From assembly GCA_037142015.1 (NCBI GenBank), contig JBAXBK010000023.1, positions 1 through 32,000 on the forward strand: a stretch of 32,000 nucleotides of DNA. The letters run 5' to 3'. Shown here piece by piece: positions 7,627 through 16,996 of the stretch; the stretch's first letter is position 1, and each line of letters begins with the position of its first letter. The stretch is from Nitrospira sp. (GTDB lineage: Bacteria > Nitrospirota > Nitrospiria > Nitrospirales > Nitrospiraceae). A program made the translations under genes and the position numbers. The notes below the pieces were generated by a model. It did not search any database. It saw only the letters and a list, made by a program, of their open reading frames with translations, and was not told the DNA's origin.

Positions 7627-7804
7627 GGAACAGGCCTGCCTAACTTACAAGGGAACATTGCCCGAGAGTTTCCACCCGCTTAGCGAAAAGTTCCAGACAG
7701 TGCCGTGCCTTCAAAGTCGCCACATTGGTATGTGACGGGACAACACACCGGAAAGCGACGGGAGGGGCGAATCAAGAAGGGCATGGCAGCCTCGCCCGCA
7801 CCCT

Positions 7805-7882
7805 TCATCCGAGAAACATGATCAGCACCAGTGCGCCGATGACCAACGCGCCGACCACTACCGACACGAACACATCCCGCAT
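7805..7882 (-). CDS. 25-aa hydrophobic peptide (MRDVFVSVVVGALVIGALVLIMFLG)
   Basis: GGAGG lies 7 nt upstream of the ATG (7882). The peptide is a single predicted TM helix. It sits upstream of, and co-oriented with, the two small ORFs above. Confidence 0.35.
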   Translation of the reverse strand: MRDVFVSVVVGALVIGALVLIMFLG

Positions 7883-8179
7883 GGTTCTGACCTCCCCGTC
7901 GTGGCCGGCACCAGGTTCACTGGCATGAGAGACCACGTTGTATGTTTATTAGAACCGATGGATTCTTTCACATACAGTCTGCTTACGCATACAGCCCTCT
8001 TTTGAGAGCGTACGCCACAGAGCTCTTTTCTTTCTTTTCACCTGGATACGGACGTGATGGATTATGCGCTTTCCATGGTTCAGTTTTTGCTCAGCCCTAA
8101 CGTGCATCTCGTTCATGCCGGGAAATAATTGTTGATTCCCGGATCTCTGAACTTCTGAAACATTTATGGGGAGGACGCC

Positions 8180-9784
8180 ATGTCGCATCGTCGCAAGAAA
8201 TTCCTGTCGGTCGGGCTAGCAGGAGTGCTGTGTTCTACAGCGCTGCTCGGCTTCACTGCGGCACACGCTGCTGGAGAAAACAATCTGCACCTTCCCGGCA
8301 TGAAGGACCGGCCTCATTCTCCGGAGAATTCTTTTACGCGCATGTTTTCTGAATTGCCGCCCTTCGCTCCGCCGACCGATGCCGCGCGTGATCAGGCTAA
8401 GAAGCTGGGTGAAAAAGGGGGCCTCATCGACGCGTTGGATATCCTCAGCGATCCCATCAAGTCGATCACGGAGCCCCTGGTGTTCAGTCCGAATAATCCC
8501 GATAATCCCAACATGACGGCCGGCGTGACCTTCTTCGGTCAGTTCCTCGACCACGATGTGACGCTCGATCCAAGATCTCCGTTGCTCGAACGGAGCAACC
8601 CCCAAAAGACGACGAACTTTCGCACCGCGGCGTTCGATCTGGACAGCGTGTATGGTGATGGGCCCGAAGCATCCCCGCTGTTGTATGACCTGAGTTCCGG
8701 CGATATCAAGCTGCGCGTGGAACCCATACCTGGTTCGGCGCAGGTCTCTCGCAAAGGAGCGATCCGGTTCGACCTCCCGCGTGATTCCTACAATCACGCC
8801 ATCCTCGGAGACAGCCGGAACGACGAACACGTGATCCTCGCTCAGTTCCACTTGGCAGTCCTGCGTTTTCACAACGCGGTGATCGACCACTTGCGTAAGG
8901 ATCCCGCGCTTGCCGATCAATCGGCTGAGCGGATCTTCAAGCTGGCCCAACGTCAGGTCCGCTGGCACTATCAGTGGATCATCTTGCACGAATTCCTCCC
9001 GCTGACGATCGGGCAAGAGCGCGTCGATGACATCCTCAATAAGGGGCTCCGCTTCTACGAGGTGGACAAAAAGAATCCGTTGATTCCCATCGAGTTTTCA
9101 GTGTCAGCCTACCGCTTCGGCCATTCGCAAATTCGTCCGAGCTATCGTCTGAACTTCGGCCCCACTGGTGGATCGCCGTTCTTCGCGTTCGTCTTCGACG
9201 ATACCCAGGATCCCAACAATCCGGACCCGCCCGACCTGCGTGGCGGGAAGCGCGCGCCCAGGCGGTTTGTCGACTGGCAAACGTTTTTCAATTTCGGCGA
9301 TGGCAACTTCCGGCCCAACAAGAGGATTGACGGCAAACTTTCCAGCGTGGTGATGTTACTTCCAGGCTCACGTGGGCCTGCTCCTGGTCTGCCGGCCGAT
9401 GGGGTGCAGTCGTTGGCCTCACGCAATCTGATGCGTCACGTCAATTTCGGGATACCGTCCGGCCAGGCAATTGCGCGGAGGATGGGCGTACCGGCATTGA
9501 CCGCCGTTCAGCTGGATGCGCTCACGCCTTTTGGCATGGAGAAGAGCACGCCGCTCTGGTTTTACATTCTGAAGGAGGCGGAGCTCATGGAGAATGGTCT
9601 CCGTTTAGGACCGGTGGGAGGCCGCATCGTCGGTGAGGTGTTTATCGGCTTGCTGAAGGCTGATGACACGTCCTATCTGGCTGCTCAGCCAAACTGGATA
9701 CCGGTACTGCCGTCTGCGACACCCGGCGAGTTTCGTATCACCGATATGCTGACTTTTGCCGGGGTGGTTCCACCGCTGAACTAA
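8180..9784 (+). CDS. Secreted haem peroxidase of the peroxidase-cyclooxygenase ('animal haem peroxidase') superfamily
   Basis: 534 aa with a Sec signal (LAGVLCSTALLGFTAAHA). The distal-His motif FFGQFLDHD and proximal-His motif AYRFGHSQIRP are present. GGGGAGG RBS. Confidence 0.85.
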   Translation: MSHRRKKFLSVGLAGVLCSTALLGFTAAHAAGENNLHLPGMKDRPHSPENSFTRMFSELPPFAPPTDAARDQAKKLGEKGGLIDALDILSDPIKSITEPLVFSPNNPDNPNMTAGVTFFGQFLDHDVTLDPRSPLLERSNPQKTTNFRTAAFDLDSVYGDGPEASPLLYDLSSGDIKLRVEPIPGSAQVSRKGAIRFDLPRDSYNHAILGDSRNDEHVILAQFHLAVLRFHNAVIDHLRKDPALADQSAERIFKLAQRQVRWHYQWIILHEFLPLTIGQERVDDILNKGLRFYEVDKKNPLIPIEFSVSAYRFGHSQIRPSYRLNFGPTGGSPFFAFVFDDTQDPNNPDPPDLRGGKRAPRRFVDWQTFFNFGDGNFRPNKRIDGKLSSVVMLLPGSRGPAPGLPADGVQSLASRNLMRHVNFGIPSGQAIARRMGVPALTAVQLDALTPFGMEKSTPLWFYILKEAELMENGLRLGPVGGRIVGEVFIGLLKADDTSYLAAQPNWIPVLPSATPGEFRITDMLTFAGVVPPLN

Positions 9785-9799
9785 TCCGCAGTGCTCGCA

Positions 9800-9845
9800 G
9801 GGGTCGGACGTCTTCAATGAAGACGCCCGACCCCTTTTGTTTTTC
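9800..9845 (+). terminator. Rho-independent terminator after the peroxidase gene
   Basis: Stem GGGGTCGGACGTCTTC - AATG loop - GAAGACGCCCGACCCC, followed by TTTTGTTTTT. Confidence 0.8.
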
Positions 9846-10125
9846 ACCACGAAACACATACGTCCGCTAGGCATCCCCTGCCAGTTAGGCTGCAAACCTG
9901 CCGAAGGATGGTCGGACTCGTTCGAAGATCGTTCACATAACAATGGGGTAGCGTTCGACATCCCCCGCGCGATTGATCCTGGCGGGAATCTTATGCAGCC
10001 TACTAAAAGGGGGGGTTGACAATGACCCTCACGCGGGAGCAGCTTTTCGCGTGTTGGATGGGCGTGTCAAGACAAGGGAAAGCCGCGCCACGTCATGGCT
10101 ACGTAACACAACATCCCCGTTCGTA

Positions 10126-11799
10126 ATGGAGACAACCGTGGGCATATCACGACGAGATCTACTCCGCTGGGGAATTGTCATCGGGGGGGCCGCGATGCTC
10201 CCGGACGGCCTGCGTCCCCGTCTGGCTCGCGCCGACGACCTGCCGTCAAGCCCGCACACCGACCCTTTCCTCATGGAACTCAGGGTCGGACAGGGGATCC
10301 CACCCGTTGCGCAGCCGGTGACGCCGTTCAACACCCTGGCGGACCCGGGAATCTGCGTGAACGTGGACGGGTCGACCGCCTTCCATGTGAGTCCCCCGCG
10401 CAAGGTCCCGGCCAACACCGAGTTCTTCCTCATCCACGAAAGACCCCTGTCGCACTCGTTCTCCCCCCAGCTGCCGAAGAACATCCTCTGGGGCTATGAC
10501 GGCATGATCCCCGGGCCCACGATCGTCGCGAAGAACGGGACACCGCAGCTCGTCCGCTTCGTCAACGATTTGCCGATGAACGACCCGGTAGGCATCGGCG
10601 AGCCCATCAGCGCCATTCACCGCCATGGAGGATTTCAGGCGTCACAGGACGACGGATACCCGCTCGATACCTTCTGTACGAAGCAGTCGAGAGATTATTT
10701 TTACCCGAACGTGCCGGCCGATGGCCTTGAGCAGAATCTGCACTCGACGCTCTGGTACCACGATCACGCCATCGACATCACAGGGCCGAACGTCTACCGC
10801 GGACTCTCCGGCTTCTATCCCAACACGAACTACCTCGACACCGGCGACGAAGCGACTGGACTTCAGCTCCCCGCTAACTTTTACAAGGGCGCTCCGGTCG
10901 GACCGTTCGACATCGGGCTGGTCTTCCAGGATCGCCAGTTCAACCGAGAGGGCTACCTCGTCTACAACACATTCGACCATGACGGGTTCATCGGCGACAA
11001 GTTCTGCGTCAATGGCCTGATCCAGCCGTATCTCAGGGTGCAACGGCGCAAGTATCGCTTCCGGTTCCTGAACGGCTCGAACGCCCGGGTCTACCAGTTC
11101 TTTCTCAGCACCGGAGACCCGTTCGTCGCCATCGGCACCGACTCCCTCCTCCTCCCCCACCCGGTGACCGTGCAGAGCGTCCGCATCGCTCCCGCCGAAC
11201 GGGTGGATGTGGTGATCGATTTCACGCACTACCAGAATAATTCAGAAGTGTTCCTGGTGAATCGTCTGCAGCAGACCGATGGCCGCAAGCCTAGCGACCT
11301 CGTGTCGCCAGGCACCCCCATCCTCAAGTTCGTCGTAGGCGATAAGCCCGCGTTCGACCCGAGCCAGGTTCCCGCGACACTGCTGCCGGTCACGGAGGGT
11401 CCGGCCCAGTTGCTGCCACAGGTGAAGATCCAGCGCCGGTTCAAGGCTGAACGATCCAACGGGGCGTGGGTGATCAACGGCGAGTTCTTCGACGAGAATC
11501 GCATCAATGCCCGACCGAAGCTCGGCGAGCCGGAGATCTGGATTTTGGAATCGGGCGGCGGTTGGGTGCACCCGTTCCACGTCCACTTAAGCGATTTTTT
11601 CACTCTGTCGCGCGACGGGAAGACGCCTCCGCCGCTGGAGAGAGGCCGAAAGGACACCATCCTGATCGGCGGAGATGTGGCGAGGGAGACGAAAATTCTG
11701 ATCAAGTTCGACGGATTCACGGGCCGCTACGTGTTTCACTGCCACAACATCGAGCACGAAGACATGCGGATGATGGCGCAATTCGAAGTCGTACCATGA
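10126..11799 (+). CDS. Tat-exported multicopper oxidase (CotA/bilirubin-oxidase-like three-domain type)
   Basis: Twin-arginine signal (SRRDLLRWGIVIGGAAML). Copper motifs HRHGG, LWYHDHA, HPFHVHL and HCHNIEHEDMRMM are present. The start is moved to METTVG (10126), just before the Tat signal. Confidence 0.9.
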   Translation: METTVGISRRDLLRWGIVIGGAAMLPDGLRPRLARADDLPSSPHTDPFLMELRVGQGIPPVAQPVTPFNTLADPGICVNVDGSTAFHVSPPRKVPANTEFFLIHERPLSHSFSPQLPKNILWGYDGMIPGPTIVAKNGTPQLVRFVNDLPMNDPVGIGEPISAIHRHGGFQASQDDGYPLDTFCTKQSRDYFYPNVPADGLEQNLHSTLWYHDHAIDITGPNVYRGLSGFYPNTNYLDTGDEATGLQLPANFYKGAPVGPFDIGLVFQDRQFNREGYLVYNTFDHDGFIGDKFCVNGLIQPYLRVQRRKYRFRFLNGSNARVYQFFLSTGDPFVAIGTDSLLLPHPVTVQSVRIAPAERVDVVIDFTHYQNNSEVFLVNRLQQTDGRKPSDLVSPGTPILKFVVGDKPAFDPSQVPATLLPVTEGPAQLLPQVKIQRRFKAERSNGAWVINGEFFDENRINARPKLGEPEIWILESGGGWVHPFHVHLSDFFTLSRDGKTPPPLERGRKDTILIGGDVARETKILIKFDGFTGRYVFHCHNIEHEDMRMMAQFEVVP

Positions 11800-12518
11800 A
11801 TGTCATGTGGCTCGTAACCCTTCTGCTGCTGTTGGCCGGCTCCGGGTGCTCGGAGCGGATCTTCAAGCACACGACTGACGTCTCGCCCTCAGCCGGACCG
11901 CCGAATCGGACGGCCCTCATCCGCGCGGAACATCTTCCCAACATCGAACTCACGACCCACGAAGGCCGGGTGGTGCGCTTTTACGAGGATCTCGTGAAAG
12001 GCCAGGTCGTCGCAATCAACTTCATGTTCACCACCTGCGGCAATACCTGTCCGCTCATCACCGAACACCTGGCCGCGGCACAGAAGGCCCTGGGCGAACG
12101 TATGGGCCATAGGATCACGCTGCTCTCGATCTCCCTTGAGCCGGAGCACGATACTCCGGAGAGGTTGCGGGAATATCGGCAGGTTCGCGGTGTAGGCCCG
12201 GAATGGATCTTCCTCACCGGGCGGCGTGACGATATTGAGTTCCTGCGGCGGCGTCTCGGCGTGTATGACCTGGACCCTGTCATCGACGCCGATCCGTCGC
12301 AACACGCCGGGATCGTGATCCTCGGTAACGAGCCGCAAGGACGTTGGAAGGCGATCTCGGCGCTGTCACACCCGATCCGTATCCGTCAGGCGATGGAGCG
12401 GACCATTCTGCCGACGAGCCAGTGGCCCACAGGGGAAACCGTCGTGAACGAGGTCCCGTCCCAGGACAACGAAGCGGTCGAAACCGCCGACCTGTCCATC
12501 CTGCCGTCGATCAAGTAG
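11796..12518 (+). CDS. SCO1/SenC-family copper chaperone lipoprotein
   Basis: ATGA overlap with the multicopper oxidase stop. Lipobox LLLAGSGC. Thioredoxin-fold CxxxCP motif (FTTCGNTCP) and a downstream conserved His (SQHAGIVILG). Confidence 0.85.
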   Translation: MNVMWLVTLLLLLAGSGCSERIFKHTTDVSPSAGPPNRTALIRAEHLPNIELTTHEGRVVRFYEDLVKGQVVAINFMFTTCGNTCPLITEHLAAAQKALGERMGHRITLLSISLEPEHDTPERLREYRQVRGVGPEWIFLTGRRDDIEFLRRRLGVYDLDPVIDADPSQHAGIVILGNEPQGRWKAISALSHPIRIRQAMERTILPTSQWPTGETVVNEVPSQDNEAVETADLSILPSIK

Positions 12519-12627
12519 GGCACCTGTTTGCACAGCCTGCTACAAGTCGTTGGGTTGCCGACCTGCAGTATTGAAACGGCGATGATTCGAAAGGGAACCG
12601 GTCGATCCTTTCGGAAGCTTCAGGATT

Positions 12628-12888
12628 GTGGAAACAAAGTCGCGTGTTGCAGTAACACTTAACGCGCCACACTTCTCTCCTGCACGGGTCGATCTCTTCG
12701 ACTATCAAGACCGTGGCAAGTCGAAGCGGCTGATGTCCGCCCTCGATGCTGTCAATGATCGGTGGGGAGCGGGAATACTGCACTACGCCTCTAGTGGTCT
12801 CAGGAGAGAATGGAAGACGCATTTTCATCGGCGTTCCCCGGCTTACACTACACACTGGGATGAATTGCCTCTTGTTCAGGCGAAGTAG
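12628..12888 (+). pseudogene. umuC: C-terminal fragment (DUF4113 region) of a UmuC/ImuB-type Y-family DNA polymerase
   Basis: VDLFD...RLMSALDAVNDRWGAGILHYASSG...W..HFHRRSPAYTTHWDELPLV matches the last ~85 aa of UmuC. The upstream ~330 aa are absent, with an in-frame stop at 12583. Confidence 0.7.
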
Positions 12889-12989
12889 TCAGGAGTTAGA
12901 GCGGAAGAGCGATCCTGCCGAAGAGCACATAACCAGTGACAGAACGTTTGCGGATAAACCCTCATTGACCTGGGCGGGGAGGTGGCGGA

Positions 12990-13196
12990 ATGATCTGGAC
13001 GACCAAGAAGCCGACGAAGACAGGGTGGTATTGGTATCGCGGTGGGGGCGATGGGCAGACCGAGAAAGTTTTACATTTCATTGATGACGACGGAGATGGG
13101 CTCTACCTCGCAACGTCAGATAATTTGGCACTTACTGACTTAGCCGGCGAATGGGCCGGACCGGTTGAGCCGCCTTTGTCAGGTCAGAGTCGTTAG
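12990..13196 (+). CDS. Hypothetical small protein (68 aa), phage-like
   Basis: GGAGG RBS. The N-terminus reads TKKPTKTGWYWYRGG. No assignable function. Confidence 0.45.
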   Translation: MIWTTKKPTKTGWYWYRGGGDGQTEKVLHFIDDDGDGLYLATSDNLALTDLAGEWAGPVEPPLSGQSR

Positions 13197-14896
13197 CCCG
13201 CATTATTCATGACTGATGGTCAGCGGGGCAGCGGCCGCCATGCTGGAGAAGCCGACGACTCTTTTGCCCCTGTCGCGGTCGCTGATGGCAGCGATAGGGC
13301 ACTACGTTCTCTGTTCGGAGTGAACTGGTGGTCGTCGCACGTCCTGCGCGGGAGATTCAGGACACACGTCTCCTGTCGGATCTCTCTCCGCCACCTTCCT
13401 GCAGACGTACTGACGTGTGGTTCACCTGGTACCGCGCCAACGGCCACGGCCACTCGGTGCCAGGTCGTGCCCCAAGGCGCCGAACTGGGCAGGTGCAGCA
13501 CGATGCGGCGCACCGAGCGTTCCACCCAGACCGCCAGCTTGAGCAACCGCTCCCGTAGTGTGGAGACTTGTGCCGTGGCACAGTCCGTCCCGTGGGCCTG
13601 TTGCCGCAACGCCTGTCGCACCACATACGCCGCGGCTGTCAGCAGCACGCGGAATTGGTTCGCCCAGAACCGCGAACAACTGGTGCGGTCCAGCGCTAGC
13701 CCGTGATGCAACTCCTTCAGCCGGTTCTCCATGTCGCCACGCTGACAGTAGATGGTAGAGACCGCGGCGGGCGCGTCACGGAAATTCGTCACCACGAAGC
13801 GCGGATTGCATTTGGGTTCATGTCCGGGCCGACGGACGACCTCCGCCTTGATGATGACGCGTCGACGATGCGACCAGCTTTGGGCCGCATAGAGGGTCTC
13901 TCCGTAGACGTGCTCCGTGCGGCCACTGTACTTCGACAGGCCGTAGGCCTCGCCCAGCAGGCGCCCGGCGCGCCGCTCCAGCCGAGGGTTGCACGCGAGC
14001 CCCACCACATACTCGACTCGCTCCGCTTCCAGGAAGTCCAGCCAGTCGTTCCCGGCAAAGCCCCCGTCCACGCGCACCCGCACCGGGGTGCCGGGAAACG
14101 TCCGCCGCAACTGACGGAGCAGGGTCCGCAGCAGCCCGAACGCGCCGTGCTTCGCCGGACTGTTGCCCGGTCGCAGGACGATCGCCACCAGATACTGGTC
14201 CGTTTCGTCGTTGAACGTCAGCGTCGCGACCTGCGGCAGATAGCACCACGTGTCATAGTGCCCATTGAAGAACGCCAGCTCTTGCTGCCCATGCGTCGGG
14301 TCGTCCGTGGGATCCAAATCGATCGTGATCCGCTGGGCGCGGCCTTTGAGCCGGTGGCGATGCTGCGCGATCACCGTCGACGCCAACATCCGCCCCATCC
14401 GGTACAGGGCTCGTGGGCTGGCGGCATTCTCAAACCGGGAGAGCGTGGGCTGCGAGGCCAAGGCGTCCCCGGTCACCGGGTCGCGCCCCACGGCCAGCTT
14501 GTGCAGGGGATCGTCGGCCAGCCGAGCCGCGTCGTTGGCGTCCTCATATCCACACGCCAGGCCGAAGATGCGCTGGCGCAGCAGGTCGCGGACTGCGTGC
14601 CGGACTTTGTCGGGATCTCGGCGATCGGGCAGGCACGCCGCCAGTTTGTCTGTCAGCTGGAGGCGGTCATCCAGCGCCTTGAGCAACACCAGGCCGCCAT
14701 CCGTGCTAGCATGCGCCTGATCGAATCGGGCGACCGTCTTCGTCTTGGGATAGCATGTGAAGGTCAGTTGCGGTATACACGCTGTGGCCATTGGGTCTCC
14801 TGTGTGCTGTGCGTAGAAACGTCTGAACACCGCTCCTATAGCACAGTTTGGAGACTCGATGGCCTTTTTTCTTGCCAGAGTCATGAATTATTCAGG
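13197..14896 (-). mobile_element. IS1380-family insertion sequence (1700 bp)
   Basis: Imperfect terminal inverted repeats begin with CC: CCCGCATTATTCATGAC (13197-) and GTCATGAATTATTCAGG (-14896). The flanks are TTAG and CTAG. It contains a single DDE transposase ORF. Confidence 0.8.
13220..14791 (-). CDS. IS1380-family DDE transposase
   Basis: Family-typical blocks are present: STDGGLVLLKALDDRL, GYEDANDAARLADDP, ASQPTLSRFEN, ITIDLDPTDDPTHG, RVDGGFA, YCQRGDMENRLKEL, FWANQ. The start is taken at MATACIP. Confidence 0.8.
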   Translation of the reverse strand: MATACIPQLTFTCYPKTKTVARFDQAHASTDGGLVLLKALDDRLQLTDKLAACLPDRRDPDKVRHAVRDLLRQRIFGLACGYEDANDAARLADDPLHKLAVGRDPVTGDALASQPTLSRFENAASPRALYRMGRMLASTVIAQHRHRLKGRAQRITIDLDPTDDPTHGQQELAFFNGHYDTWCYLPQVATLTFNDETDQYLVAIVLRPGNSPAKHGAFGLLRTLLRQLRRTFPGTPVRVRVDGGFAGNDWLDFLEAERVEYVVGLACNPRLERRAGRLLGEAYGLSKYSGRTEHVYGETLYAAQSWSHRRRVIIKAEVVRRPGHEPKCNPRFVVTNFRDAPAAVSTIYCQRGDMENRLKELHHGLALDRTSCSRFWANQFRVLLTAAAYVVRQALRQQAHGTDCATAQVSTLRERLLKLAVWVERSVRRIVLHLPSSAPWGTTWHRVAVAVGAVPGEPHVSTSAGRWRREIRQETCVLNLPRRTCDDHQFTPNRERSALSLPSATATGAKESSASPAWRPLPR

Positions 14897-15149
14897 CTAG
14901 TGCAACCCCTTGGATTTCAAAGCGGAGGAGAGCAATCAACGACGGTTGGATTGCCTGCCCTCCACCAAAAATTGCTCACTCACAAACCGCCGCAGTAATT
15001 CAGCATAATCGCCCGACACTTCAACCGCCAGGTAGAGTTCCGGGCCGTCCGTAATAGCGTGAAGCACAATCTCTTTCCTAAACAGTTCCCGCAGCAGACC
15101 GCGTCAGAGTTGGTTTATTGAAAAAACGTCACACGCCAAACCTACAAGC

Positions 15150-15371
15150 CTCGACCAGTACACACGCACCCTTGGAGACATGATTCTGCCCGATGGGATG
15201 AACCTCAACCAGGAGTTGGCCAAGCAAGGCTGGTGCTGGTGGGACCGGAAGTATGCACCAGGGGATACGGTGTTGGAAGGGCTAGAGAAGGAAGCACGCG
15301 AAGCAAAGAAAGGTTTGTGGATTGATCCACAGCCGGTGCCGCCGTGGGAGTGGCGGAAACAGCGCAAGTAG
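15150..15371 (+). pseudogene. C-terminal fragment of a thermonuclease (staphylococcal-nuclease-like)
   Basis: DQYTRTLGDMILPDGMNLNQELAKQGWCWW...EAREAKKGLWIDPQPVPPWEWR matches the SNase C-terminal half. The N-terminal catalytic half and signal peptide are missing. Confidence 0.65.
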
Positions 15372-15482
15372 TTTTTCTCGAAAACCTATTCCCCTTCCTT
15401 CACACCTCCTCCACGGGCGGCCTAGCCTTGCGACACAACGCCTACAGCTCCTTGATGATCGTTAATGAGGAGGAAAACCCAG

Positions 15483-15725
15483 ATGAGAACTCTAGTGATC
15501 GTGGGGCTATGCACGGCGATGAGTGGTTGCTATGCAATAGATCAACAGACTGCCTATGCAGATCGCCTCAAATCTGAGGCTGAGATAGCCAAGGAACGGG
15601 CCGCAATTATGAAATTATATCGAGGGTGTTTGGAGAAGTACCAGGATGACCCAGTGAAGGCGAAACAAAATTGCGAACACTACACGCAGGCGTTGTACTC
15701 GGTGGATGTGCGTGGGATGAAATAA
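15483..15725 (+). CDS. Small lipoprotein (80 aa)
   Basis: GAGGAGG RBS. Signal peptide plus lipobox: MRTLVIVGLCTAMSGC. Confidence 0.6.
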   Translation: MRTLVIVGLCTAMSGCYAIDQQTAYADRLKSEAEIAKERAAIMKLYRGCLEKYQDDPVKAKQNCEHYTQALYSVDVRGMK

Positions 15726-16109
15726 TTAATGATCCCAGGCCGCAACAGTTAAGCCGCCTTGCGGTTTCCTCAGTCCCCTCCTACAATACGCCTCCTTGCG
15801 AGGCCCCTATGCCCTTCTCGATTCGCCCTTACCGTCGCTTCCCCGTGCATTTTTCCTTATAACACAACATTAATTAGAATTTAATCCACACGTAATTTTG
15901 CGTGGACCAGTTGTCGTATAGTGCCCACGAATTGGAGTTGTGCGAGGATTCCGAAAGAACTGGTTGTGAATCTGTGAACGTTCTCAAGTTGGGCCAAGGT
16001 CTGATCGCAACACTGTCCCTTGATCTTCAAGGAGAACAGTTCTCATGTGCTTCTGAAAACGACTGACGGTAGCTTCTCGGATCATCTCATACTAAATTTC
16101 GGAGGGAAA

Positions 16110-16769
16110 ATGAGAATCCTAATGGTGTTGGCGGCAATCATGGGGCTCTTATGGACCGGCGGACCAGCCTCCGCTGAGCTTGTGGACTTTCAACTCATGG
16201 GGCTGGCACAAGGAAGCAATGGCTATTTGGGTAGTCCGTCCCCTGCACTCTACAGCGCAGATTTCACGGTGGATTTAAACTCTCCCTTACCAGCAGCAAT
16301 CCAGTCTTTCAGTTTCACTTTTGATAATGTGACCTACTCCTCAGTGAATCAACCATCAGGAACTGGGGTGTCGCTTGGAACGGGTGCTCCTACCTGTTGT
16401 GGCCCTCCGATCGGTAACTCGGTCTTTTTTTCTGCCTACGGTCAGGCTATTAACGACCCCACACGACAACTGTATTTGAATGCTGGGTTCTTCAATGGGA
16501 GTGGATTCGATTTTCTTAGTGGTAGTCATGATCTGCATGATGTAGTCAACTCGTTTACTACTACCACGCCCAACCCCTATACCTTAAGTCCTTTCTATGG
16601 CGGTGGCGCCAGTCTATCCGTAAATGGAACATCCGCTGGACAGATTGATTTTCAGTCCGGCAGCTTAAGCGTCGCTCCGGTTCCGGTGCCAGCCGCAGCC
16701 GTGCTGTTCGGGTCTGGCTTGATCGGGCTGTTGGGCTGGCAGCGGAAGCGCCTGCGCAAGATGGTCTAG
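16110..16769 (+). CDS. PEP-CTERM-type sorting-signal protein
   Basis: GGAGGG RBS and an N-terminal signal peptide. The C-terminus reads VPVPAAAVLFGSGLIGLLGWQRKRLRK, which is a P-x-P motif, a TM helix and a basic tail. Confidence 0.75.
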   Translation: MRILMVLAAIMGLLWTGGPASAELVDFQLMGLAQGSNGYLGSPSPALYSADFTVDLNSPLPAAIQSFSFTFDNVTYSSVNQPSGTGVSLGTGAPTCCGPPIGNSVFFSAYGQAINDPTRQLYLNAGFFNGSGFDFLSGSHDLHDVVNSFTTTTPNPYTLSPFYGGGASLSVNGTSAGQIDFQSGSLSVAPVPVPAAAVLFGSGLIGLLGWQRKRLRKMV

Positions 16770-16876
16770 CGGCTTCTCCGTCAGTCCTCTGTGAACCAAG
16801 CGCCTCAAGCCTGCGTGTGTGGGGTTCATCGTGTTGGGTCCTCGCCATAATAGTTTTTGTTGCATAGTTTGTAAAA

Positions 16877-16996
16877 CATCTGCTTAAAGAACGCGTCTCT
16901 TCATGTTTCTGAGTAGTGTCATTCCAACCACTTAGCGGGATCACATCTGACAGGGTTTCGAGACACGGCTTCCCGGCTTTGGGAAACGCAGGGGAT
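16877..16996 (+). repeat. Left copy of a perfect 120-bp inverted repeat
   Basis: Manual reverse-complementing shows 120/120 identity with 18331-18450. Identity ends abruptly on both sides. Confidence 0.95.

Noticed and set aside
8216-11720. Long minus-strand ORFs opposite the peroxidase and multicopper oxidase (8216-9016, 10642-11229, 11229-11720)
   Set aside because: They lie opposite confidently identified genes with catalytic motifs. They have no RBS or motifs of their own.
11466-11795. N-terminal 110-aa extension of the SCO1 ORF given in the ORF track
   Set aside because: It overlaps the multicopper oxidase gene out of frame. The lipoprotein signal and the ATGA coupling point to a start at 11796.
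12990-13196. The idea that the IS insertion truncated the 68-aa ORF because its TAG lies at the IS boundary
   Set aside because: Once the IS ends are placed at the CC-initiated termini, the TAG belongs to the TTAG target sequence. It would therefore exist without the IS.
13703-14998. 431-aa plus-strand ORF across the IS
   Set aside because: It is antisense to the IS1380-type transposase, whose family blocks are clear. The composition (R/Q/P/G-rich) is typical of a shadow ORF.
15809-15862. 17-codon ORF MPFSIRPYRRFPVHFSL that resembles the N-terminus of PilZ-type proteins
   Set aside because: It is too short to support. At best it is another gene stub in the decayed region.
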